Source: Eledone cirrhosa
Taxonomy: Eukaryota
DNA: 64,000 nt
Direction: 5' to 3'
Assembly (NCBI GenBank): GCA_964016885.1
Contig: OZ024741.1
Span: 112,096,001-112,160,000, forward strand
Every line of letters begins with the position of its first letter. Positions within the stretch are counted from its first letter, which is position 1. The notes under the pieces are model-generated. The model had not been told where the DNA came from. It ran no database searches and worked only from the letters and a program-made list of their open reading frames with translations. The translations under genes and the position numbers were made by a program. Of this stretch, positions 52,742 through 64,000 are shown piece by piece.

Positions 52742-53015
52742 GGCGGCGAATTGGCAGAATCGTTAGAACGTCGGATAGAGTGCTTCATGCTATTCGTTCC
52801 AGGTCTTTGCTCTCTGAGTTCAAATCCGGCCGAGGTTAACTTTGCGTTTTATCCTTTCAAGATCGCTAAAAAAGTATCAGTCTAGTACTGGGGTCGATTC
52901 TTCCTCTCTCTGGAAGATATCTGCTGTACTCAGGCCTGGACAGGGATGGGCTACGCCAGGCTTAACATGCTCAAGAAATGCCGTCACTACGACTCTATCA
53001 GGAGTTACGTGACCA
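52742..53015 (+). mobile_element. tRNA-SINE of a related family with an alternative 3' tail
   Basis: ggcggcgaattggcagaatcgtt (A box) and gagttcaaatcc (B box). The tail ctggaagatatctgctgtactcag...gggctacgccagg also occurs at ~29335, ~46637 and ~50040. Confidence 0.75.
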
Positions 53016-54240
53016 TACCCCCCCCACGTATATATATATGTATACGTTTATATATATATATATGTATACGTAAATAAGACCGTTATTGCTTCAATTAGTC
53101 CACAAAACACAGAGCAAACTCCCTAAACCAAACGCCAACCTTCACACATGACATCTGCAAAACAAACCCGCGACTCACCCTCTAATCGTGACAAACTGAA
53201 CCCCGACCGCAACAGCCACTAAATGGGGAAGAGAGGCGTTATCAATCTGTATGTGTCATATGTAATTTCTATATAATAAAGCTAATAAAGCTATTAGCAG
53301 TCGATTATATCAACACCAGTTTTCGGAACCAAAACAAAGAGTATCAGCACACCTCACCACTCTTTAACATGAACAGCACGTAAGTAGAGCCCTCGTCGTT
53401 GATCCAAATTGTAGGTATCTGTTTTTACTCAAGATCTCTCATAGCGAACGCTCATTTTAAACATAACTAGAACTCTATCTGAAACACCAGCCCTTCTCTT
53501 CAGAGCCAGAAAATAATTCAGCCCCTAACGTCTTCTGGTCCTCTACAGAGCTCTGCTAAGACACACAAGGGAATATTTGTCCCACGTCTGGGACGGTGTT
53601 ACTGCCACTCATATAAACATCATAGATCCCATCCAGAATAAGGTCACTCGCCAGACTGGCATAAAGTCACTGACACGTATACTCCAGACATGTTCCGACC
53701 TCTGACGCACAGAAGTTTTGTCTCCTCACTTTGTCTTTTCTGCCGTTTCTACAATGGACCCCTTTTCACGGATCTGGTTGACAGGCACTCATTCCTCACT
53801 CGTCTCTCCTATTCTCAACACCCTTATTATATTCAATCCCCCAGGTCCCGCTAACCGTCAAGCCTAGATCTTCTTCCCCAGAACGTCATTCCCCAGAACG
53901 TCATCCCCCTGATATTCCCTCCCTATACATGTCTTTAATGCAGGAGTCAACATGCAACAATTAAAACTTTATGCAACAGCGTCAATCTTATACAACAGCT
54001 CCTGTTCCCAGACTTATAAAATACAACAACAAAACAGTAAAGAAATTATACAGACACAGACACACACACACACACACACACGCGTGCATATATATTTACA
54101 AGAAGCTATAGCAAAAGACACTTCAAGGTACAACGCAGTAGGATTGAATCAGAAACCACGTGTTTGCAAAGCGAACTACACACAGATATGCTTGCGCATA
54201 ATATGTATATGTGTGTGTGTGTGTATGTGTGTGTGTGTGT

Positions 54241-54293
<53 letters not shown>

Positions 54294-55222
54294 CATATCC
54301 ATGATGCTTGTGATAAGGATGTACTTGTATAACTTAGTATAAGTTTCCTTGTAGCCGATACTGCTGGTTTGTTGCAACAAAAACTGTTGATCATTTTTGC
54401 TGCAGTTGTTGCTGTGACTGTAGTTATTGCAGTTGTGTTGTTTCAACTACTGCTACTGCTACTGCTATCATCGTCGTTGCCACAGTCGTTGTCATTATCG
54501 TCGTTTATCATAGACGTGGTCGTTTTTGCAAGTTCATCGTTAGGATTACCGCATTCAATTTCCCCTAGTCCGTAACGCCGGCAAGACAAAACGAAAAAAA
54601 AAAAAAAAAAAAGGAAAAAAACAAACATCACTAGTTGACTTAGTAGTAATTATTATTATTGTTGTTACTGCAGTTATTCTCGAATGTTTATGAGTGAGTG
54701 AGAGAGAGCAAGCGATCGAGATAGCGAGAGCGTGTGTGTGAGTGAATATGTGTGTTTGTGTGTTTGTATTGATTCCTTATATCTAGGCACAAGACCAGTT
54801 TATTTCCTGTTGAGGAATAGTAACAATCAGTCGAATCAATTCCTTGGTACTTTACTTAGTTTCGCCACCTTTTTAATGGGGATGATAATGGTGATGATAT
54901 TGAAAAGGCTAAGTTAACGCCGCCCAGGATTTTCAATTCAGAAACAAAAGGGACGAAACTTAATTTTACAGTTTCAAAAGTATTTCAGTCTACTGTTGCT
55001 TCGGTTATCTCAGTCGCTCGCCTTCTTAGATCGTGTGTTACTGTTTATTCCATTACAACAAATGAAGCCATTTACATACGTTTCCTTTCTCCCTTAATTC
55101 TTCTTTTTTGTTATATATATCTCGTGCCTTTTCTCTCTCTCCAGCACCCATTTCTCTGTTTGAGCTCTCTCTCTCTCACACACACTCGTTTACTTTCTTT
55201 ACTAACCTACACATTTTTCTAT

Positions 55223-55259
<37 letters not shown>

Positions 55260-55648
55260 GATCAATCGATCGATCGATCTATCTATCCACCTACCTACCT
55301 AATTCTGTTGTCTGCTCCACTATAACTCTTCTATACCTTTTCTTTGTTTATATTTACTGACTCTTCATCCTTTCATAACTTTTTCACATCCACGCTGCTC
55401 TCCCCCCCCCCTCTTTATCTCTCTTTCTCCCACTCCTCACTTTCTAGTTTGTTTTCACTTTCACTTTTCTTTCATGTCTACATAATATTACTTCTCTTTT
55501 TCTCTTCTTCCATCTCTTAGTTTCAATCCACTATTTCCTCGTCGCTCTTCCTTGTTTTTTTTCTTCTTTCTTTCTTTCTTTCTTTCTTTCTTTACGTTCA
55601 GTCATTTTCATTTTTTTCTTTTTTCTTTTCTTTCTTTCTTTCTTTCTC

Positions 55649-55696
<48 letters not shown>

Positions 55697-57669
55697 TCAT
55701 CCTCTTGCTTTCTTTTTCAACTTTCTCCTCTTTCTTCAACTTTTACTACCTCTTCCTTTCCCCTCTCCAAACTCTCCCGATATTTTCATATTTAACAGCT
55801 CTTTTACTTCTTTCTTTTCCTTCTCTTCCATTTTATTTTCATATAATCCTTCAACTTCTTACACGACTTAGTTTTTCTCTTTCTTTTTTATTTATTCTCA
55901 CTCACACCGCTTTCCTCCATCCCCATATCACTCTCATTCAGTTACTCATATTTTCACCACCATCACCACCACCGCCACAACTAAGCCCCCCCCCCCATCA
56001 CCACCACCACCACCACCACCACCACCATCACCACCACAACTAAGCCCCATCACCACCATCACCAACAACGACAAAAAACACCCCCACCCCACCACTAACC
56101 CTCATCACCACACCACCACCACTAGCAACCATAAACTCGCCGTCACCACCGCCATGTGTACAATTACCCCCACCGCCATAACTATCATTACCAATCAGTA
56201 TAGACATATAGTTCAATAACTAAATTGTTCCATTTTACTCCAACTTTTAAGACAACAAAAACTACTTCTAGTACATCCCCACCTCAATCTAACTCTAACT
56301 TATGCAGCTCTTCATTTAACAAACATCACCATCACTATCATCATCATGGATACTATAATTTTGACGTTAACGGAAGTCCAACCCCGGCATCACTAGCATC
56401 ACAGCTCAATCTACCAATATTATAACTATCCCACTAGCAATACTATTATTACTCCACTAAACAAACCACCCAGTCCTAACAACTATAGACTCGAGCTAAC
56501 GGAGGGAGCGTCTAGAATAGTAGCTACCCTTCCCCCAAAATCACACCCTCCAGGCTTTAAAAATGGAAGGACTCATTGGATATTGCAGTCCTAGATACAG
56601 CGTCTGAAAAATAAAGATGGGATAGTCACGGCTGGAATACAATTTCTAATGCGTCTTCATAACCAGAGCTGACCGGAGGCTAAACAACGACGACGACGAC
56701 CACGACCACGACGACAACTATCCCTATCTCTTCTATATTTTTTACCACGGCTACCACCACCACAACTTCAAATTTCATTCCCACTTTTCAAATATTTACC
56801 CCTATCGTTTGTAAACAACACCCTTTTGCAACCACTCTGCAATAATATTATACAACCACAACTGCAACCGTCATACACTTCTATCACTTTAACACTTCCA
56901 CCATCAGATATAACTTCTTCCTTCGCACATATTAATCTCCGCCCCACCACCACTACCACTACACATCTTTACCACAACGACAACAAATAACATACTATCA
57001 CCACTACCACCACCAGCGCCACTACTGTCACTATCACTACTATTAATTCCTATCACAAACCCCCCTCCTCCGGCTTTTATTATTGCCACTACCTCTACCC
57101 TCCCCTCTAATCACCACCGTTACCACCACCATCACCCCCATCACACCCCCCCTACTACCACCCACCACCATTATAACAGGCTCCGCTGCATCACAACCAC
57201 TATCGCCATCATTATTATAACTAACCTCCCCATCGCCACTGCTACTACCACCACCACTGTCACCACCACCACTACCCCTCCCCCCGTCACCACGACTACA
57301 ATCATTTCTGTCATTATAATTACAACGCCTCCCCTTTATATTTCTCTAATACAACACTACGAGTCCTACCACCACCACCACCATCACCATCACCGTCGCC
57401 ACTTTCATCATTACCACAAACATCCACAATCACCACCACAACACATTTCCAGCACCGCCGCCGCACACCTCCACCACCGCCATTGTATTCATTATACCCC
57501 CCTACCACCGCACCCATCCACCACCAACACCACCACTGCCAACACCACCACTGCTATCACCATCAACCCCCTCCACCACTACCGCCGCCGCTATCATCAT
57601 CAGTATCGCCATTAGCGATATAGTGACAACGGTCGTTAGTTTATATTACTGTGACTAAAATTGTTCACC

Positions 57670-57709
57670 ATGTCGGATAACGAAGTGGAAGAAGCGTCTT
57701 TCCTGCCAG
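57670..57709 (+). CDS. Candidate first coding exon of a host gene (MSDNEVEEASFLP, phase-1 intron)
   Basis: caccATG start context, 40 nt of non-repetitive acidic coding-like sequence, consensus donor CAG|GTAAGT; locally CpG-containing unique DNA. Confidence 0.45.
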
Positions 57710-58613
57710 GTAAGTGAGTCTTTATTTTACATACCATTTTGATTAAATACACATCAAAGGCTTCTCCGAGATTCGTAAACAACATCAATAACAAATATTA
57801 TTATTATTGCAACTAATGCCGGCGTATCCGTAATGTCGTTGTGCGTATCTTTTATTTGTTTTCAATCTGTCAATGGGCTTATTGTATCGATAAAGATTAA
57901 ATTCTTTCTCTCTTTCATTCTGCACCTTTTCGATTTTCTTTCTATCTTTCTTCCATTCACTCCCTAATTCTTTCAAATCTTTCTCTCCATCAAATCTCAC
58001 TCTTGTTTCTTCCAAATATTTTCATCTTTCCTTGAAATCTTTCTTATTTCGTTCTTTCAAATATTTCACTATTGTCAATTTTTCTCTCAATCAATAAAAT
58101 CTTTCTCTTCTTCTTCAAAATCCTCTCCCCTCTCTCTTTCTCTCTCTCATTTTTTTCTGTTTTTCAAATCTTTCTCTACTTCTTTCAAACATTTTTCTCA
58201 CTTATTTATTTATTTTAATTATTATTATTATTATACAAAATCTTTGTGAAAACTTTATCTATCCTCTTCCAAACTTTTTCAAAATCGTTTATTATTATTT
58301 CAGTTATTTCCCACATTTCACTTTCTTTTTTTCTATTATCCTCTCTATTTTCCCATGTTTTCCTATTCATCTCCACCGTAAATATATACATTTTTATTTT
58401 CAATTCATCGAAACATTTCGTTTGACCAGAAGTTATCGTCTGCTGCAACCATATTCAAACATGTGGCAACATTTACACACACACACACACGTATGTATGT
58501 ATACATACATGTGCGTATGTGTATATATGGATATATATGTATGCATATATGATATATATATATATACGCATACATGTGCGCATGTGTATATATGTATATA
58601 AATATATGTATAC

Positions 58614-58658
<45 letters not shown>

Positions 58659-58682
58659 TCTCTCTATATATATATCTATATA

Positions 58683-58811
<129 letters not shown>

Positions 58812-58954
58812 ATAAACAAACATGTCCTCCGGTTATGTATATAAACAAACAAACATATAGACCGTAGATACACCACAACTTTATAAACTAATCACTACGT
58901 AAATACATCTAAATAACACTTCATTATACATTGACCCCCACCCCCTACCCACCC

Positions 58955-58999
<45 letters not shown>

Positions 59000-59864
59000 C
59001 GGCACACAGCACACAGCGATGGAGCTTCTACATGGTGTTTTGGTATCCTAGAAACAGCAGTCAAAACCCCCTCTAATCACAGATAATAACAAAGAAGGAG
59101 CCAAAACAGGAGTCGCATAACGTGTTAGAAACAACAGCCAAATATTTCTGTCAAAACGTATCTTACCATTAAAAGACAAGGAACATATTGGGAAAATAAG
59201 ACCCTCCATAGACTGATTTTAGAAAGACATGGGCGCTGTTAAAACACCTTTTATCATACGTCTGCTGGATAAGAACTGCTCTAAGTCTAAACAATAACTC
59301 ACTCAAACATACACACACAGACACGGAGACGCACACACACACATACACACGCACGCCTACAGATACACAAACGTACACATATGCCCCCCCCCCCCCTCCC
59401 TCCTTCCTCACTCTTCGAGGTTTCCATTTTTTTAAAATCTTTTATCGTTCTTTTTTTACCGCTATTATCTCTTCTCTCTTTCTGACTTCCACCCCCTACT
59501 TATCTTTCTGTCTATCTGTCTGTATTCTCCTTTTTTCTCTCTCATCATCCTCTCTTTCTGTCTCTCTGTCTGTTTGCATCTCTTTATTTTTCTCCTTTTC
59601 TCTCATCGAAACATTTTGTGCTTTCGATTATTCAGAAGTTGTTTGCTTCTTACACATACACACACAGACAAGCATATCAATATATAAGCACATTCATTAT
59701 ACGACTCTTATGTATCCACGTACATACAATGACATTCATACAATTATATATATATGTGTGTGTTTTTATATATATATGTGTGTTTATATATGTGTTTACA
59801 TATATATATATATGTGTTTTTATATATATATATATGTATATGAATGTATATATATATATGTTTA

Positions 59865-60021
59865 TAATATATATATGTTTATAATATATATGTGTTTATA
59901 ATATATATATATATATGTTTATAATATATATATATATATATGTTTATAATATATATATATATATATGTTTATAATATATACATATATATATATGTTTATA
60001 ATATATATATATATATAGGTT

Positions 60022-60074
<53 letters not shown>

Positions 60075-60107
60075 TGCTTATAATATATATATATATATAT
60101 GTTTATA

Positions 60108-60202
<95 letters not shown>

Positions 60203-60278
60203 GTATGTTTATAATATATATATATATACATATGTATATGTATGTTTATAATATATATATATATATATATATGTATGT

Positions 60279-60346
<68 letters not shown>

Positions 60347-60348
60347 GT

Positions 60349-60384
<36 letters not shown>

Positions 60385-60400
60385 TATAATATATATATGT

Positions 60401-60436
<36 letters not shown>

Positions 60437-60510
60437 TATAATATATATATATATATGTTTATAATATATATATATACATATATATATATATAGTATTTAT
60501 ATATATATTT
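59865..60510. repeat. Minisatellite gtttataat(at)n
   Basis: About 20 gtttataat units separated by variable (AT)n. Confidence 0.95.
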
Positions 60511-60920
60511 TCAGTTAACGCAGTTTGCTTTGTAGCACTCCATTCTTTTTTTTTTTTTCGTCTTTACCTGTATACATTTGCCGAAAAGCACGACTCGACC
60601 TATGCCTAAATATTTTGAAGCATTTTGAGCACAGGAATGAATTGTAACAATCCTGATGAACTGAAGCTATAGTGTTTTCCAGAGGTTGACTGAGGGGAAA
60701 CGACTGTCCATTTTCCCAGTATTTGTCTTTTGCGGTCCTTGTTTTGGTTATATATATACATAATGTTCTACTTGATTCTATGTTTTTAGGCAAGATATTA
60801 TAATGTTGTATCCATAAAGCTATCTGTATGAATGTCCTATGTTTTTGGTATTTTAGCGCCAAATATACCTAGAGGGGCTATGCTGCAGTGAGTCGATATT
60901 TTCTATCACGATATCATTTC

Positions 60921-61100
60921 ATTGGCAGTATCGGTAGAGGGTCGGACGCCATTCTTTCCAGCATAGTTACGTCCCTTTACGGTCTGAGTTCAAATCCCGC
61001 CGAGGTTGACTTTGCCTTTCATCCTTATGGGGGTCGATAAAATAAAGTACCAGTAATGCACTGGATAATTGCTGGCCTTGTGCCTAAAATAGAAACAATT
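60921..61100 (+). mobile_element. Young tRNA-SINE
   Basis: attggcagtatcggt (A box), gagttcaaatcc (B box), 3' end gctggccttgtgcctaaaatagaaacaattat. Confidence 0.9.
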
Positions 61101-61349
61101 ATATATATATATATACGTGTGTGTGTGTGTGTGTGTGTATTTTTATATATACATATAAACATTCGTACAAGAATTATGAAGGCGTGTTTATATACATAGG
61201 TATTTGTATAGACGGTTGAATAAGTAATTTCTATAAAGCAAAATGATATTCTAATCGTATACTTTTATAAACATTTATATACCGGCGAGAAAAGACATTG
61301 TCGAATGTTTTGTTGATGTGTTTGTTTGTATCATATATATGTGTGTGTA

Positions 61350-61380
<31 letters not shown>

Positions 61381-61902
61381 CTGTGTGTGTGTTAAAGGGA
61401 AACCTTAAAACATTATTTTAAAAAATCAAATATACAAATGAAAGACAGAGAACTCCTTGGGCATCGGCCGTTGAGATGAACTTGGGAAGTTTCGACCCCT
61501 ACCAACGATACTGCTGGTCCACCCGAGGAAACATCGTTTGGTGTGTGTGTGTGTGTGTGTGTGTGTATGTATATGGTATGTGTAAACGTGTGTGAGAGAG
61601 AGAGAGTGTGTATTTGTGTGTGTGTAAGCAAAAATAATCATTCCTTACACGTGTTTCTTTCTGTAAAGGTAAATAATTAAGAAATGAATATTACGAATAT
61701 ATATATATATATATATATAATTAATATTTGTACATATTATAATCTGATCCTTGACTCAAGGACTAATGATTATTTTTGTGTAATCAAAGAAAAGCAAATG
61801 TGATTATTAGAGGAAGTGGTGTATTATACTTCGTATTTAGCTTCAGTATTTACATTCGTTATACATACATCCATACGCACACTTACACACAGACACGCAT
61901 TG

Positions 61903-61965
<63 letters not shown>

Positions 61966-62172
61966 CAAAGGAAATGTGGTAAGGAACCAGATAGACCATA
62001 ACGCACGAAAGTACCCAATACTTAGGGTAGTAGAGTGGGTAATAGGAACAAGTATGACCCTGACGGCAGAGCTCAAGCCCTTTCGACGGCTAATTCTATT
62101 TAAGCGGTGGCTAAAGGCTACATGCTAAAAATCTGTTTTCCTGTGAATACTCACATTAACATACACACACGC

Positions 62173-62326
<154 letters not shown>

Positions 62327-62337
62327 GTATGTGTATC

Positions 62338-62645
62338 AACCAGCGGGTCCTGTCAGAAGCAACCGCCTCCAATTGATCCGGTTGGATCCCCAAAAAGAGA
62401 CCAGTCGAGCTCATGGATGTTATCCAACCATCTTGTTCGGGGTTTACCTCTGGGACTCCTGCCGACTGGTTTTGCTCGTAAAATTTGTCCAGCGGTTCTT
62501 TCCTGACACATGCCCATAGTATCCGATCTTTACCCCAAGGAGCCTTCCGAGGAACCACATTTCGGCTGCTTGTATTCGCGATCGAATTCTTTCGGTCATT
62601 ACCCAAGATTCATATCCATAGGTAAGGTTTGGCACGAATACCAAG
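62338..62645 (-). mobile_element. RTE-clade LINE fragment with internal deletions
   Basis: [51 protein letters not shown]. Confidence 0.8.
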
Positions 62646-62688
62646 TTCTGTATATATATATATAATCTATCTATCCATCTATCTATCT

Positions 62689-62783
<95 letters not shown>

Positions 62784-62811
62784 GTCTATATATCTATAGA
62801 TATAATATATA

Positions 62812-62960
62812 GGCCCCGAACAAAATGGTTGGATAACATCCATAAGCCTGACTGTTCTCCCTTGGGGATCCAGCCGGATGAATTGGAGACGGTTGCTTCT
62901 GACTGGACCCACTCGTTAGAGTGTTTGAGGACTCTGCCCCCACGACCCTCAGAAGAATAT
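62812..62960 (+). mobile_element. RTE-clade LINE 3' end
   Basis: RPRTKWLDNIHK..LGIQPDELETVASD; homologous and opposite in orientation to 62338-62445. Confidence 0.75.
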
Positions 62961-63069
62961 ATTTGTATATACATCCATACGTAAGTAAAAACAATGTATC
63001 AAAAACAATGGCTCGGTAATATGTTACCACACATACACATGCAAACCTTTTATGTCCAGCATGCACACG

Positions 63070-63139
<70 letters not shown>

Positions 63140-63432
63140 CAACGAGGGCTCAATACAGATGTGGAATATGTGCCAATCCATTCTACATTTCTAACTCATG
63201 ATTAAGAATTTTAGGGTTGGATTTCTATGATGTCCCAATTGTTCGCTCAACGGAAGAGCATGTTAGGGAAGTCAACATACAAGTTGGTGATCATTCCATT
63301 AGACACGTGTACCCTTAATGTAGTTCTGAGAGAGATACACTGTGACACTGTATGTAACAAGGCTGATTCTTTGAATTACAAGCTCACCTCAATTTTGCCA
63401 GCATAGTGGGCAGGAGCAACGTGAAATATAGT

Positions 63433-63629
63433 GCCGCCGGAAATATATATATATGTGTGTGTGTATACAATTTTTAATATAGAAATGACTTCTACAGGAC
63501 TAGAACTGTTTCATTCGAAGGAAATTATCCTGATGATTTCCTTCGAATGAAACAGTTCTAGTCCTGTAGAAGTCATTTCTATATTAAAAATTGTATACAC
63601 ACACACATATATATATATATTTCCGGTGG

Positions 63630-63630
<1 letters not shown>
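63433..63630. repeat. Near-perfect ~200 bp palindrome whose centre is an HHR core
   Basis: Arms pair from gccgccgg to ccggtggc; CTGATGA (63530)..GAAAC (63549)..GTC (63561). Confidence 0.92.
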
Positions 63631-63680
<50 letters not shown>

Positions 63681-63723
63681 GATATTAAATAAATGGAAAC
63701 TATATTTATAAAACCATATCTAT

Positions 63724-64000
63724 TTCATTATATATATTTCAGGGATATCATATTAACAATATGTTATGCCTTCTTCAGACAAAATACAATATAGACAGTT
63801 TTATAGATAAATAGATTTGACATACCGTTCAACATCGACTTGTATTTGAAAAAGTTGATTTGGCAGTGATTTTTTCAAATACAAGTCGATGTTGAACGGT
63901 ATGTCAAATCTATTTATCTATAAAACTGTCTATATTGTATTTTGTCTGAAGAAGGCATAACATATTGTTAATATGATATCCCTGAAATATATATAATGAA
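63724..64000. repeat. Perfect inverted repeat (arms at least 130 bp, 17 bp spacer) containing an HHR core; runs off the window
   Basis: 63724-63853 is the reverse complement of 63871-64000; CTGAAGA (63946)-AGG..catatt-gtt-aatatg..CCT-GAAA (63984)-TATA-TA. Confidence 0.92.

Overview
Eukaryotic, AT-rich, repeat-saturated DNA with no prokaryotic features. The (TA)n/(CA)n load and the abundant tRNA-headed SINE suggest an octopus or other cephalopod genome (inference). The centrepiece is a young Penelope-like retroelement (PLE, 31634-37626) inserted in (TA)n. It has a long open RT + C-terminal GIY-YIG ORF with an Asn-rich insert, joined at its truncated 5' end to a near-identical ~2 kb inverted copy of its own 3' part, and each arm carries a hammerhead-ribozyme (HHR) motif. 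HHR or HHR-variant cores recur at five further (TA)n-flanked sites: a second, unrelated PLE, a PLE-like remnant and three small non-coding fold-back palindromes. The window also holds decayed R4/Dong, CRE, RTE and L1/Tx1 LINEs, hAT MITEs and transposase fragments, a Chapaev3-like remnant, about 20 SINE copies, a 12x60 bp minisatellite derived from CRE endonuclease coding sequence, a modular ~4 kb satellite, and one candidate first coding exon of a host gene (57670-57709). Most listed ORFs are microsatellite artefacts. All calls were made by eye, so boundaries of decayed elements are approximate.
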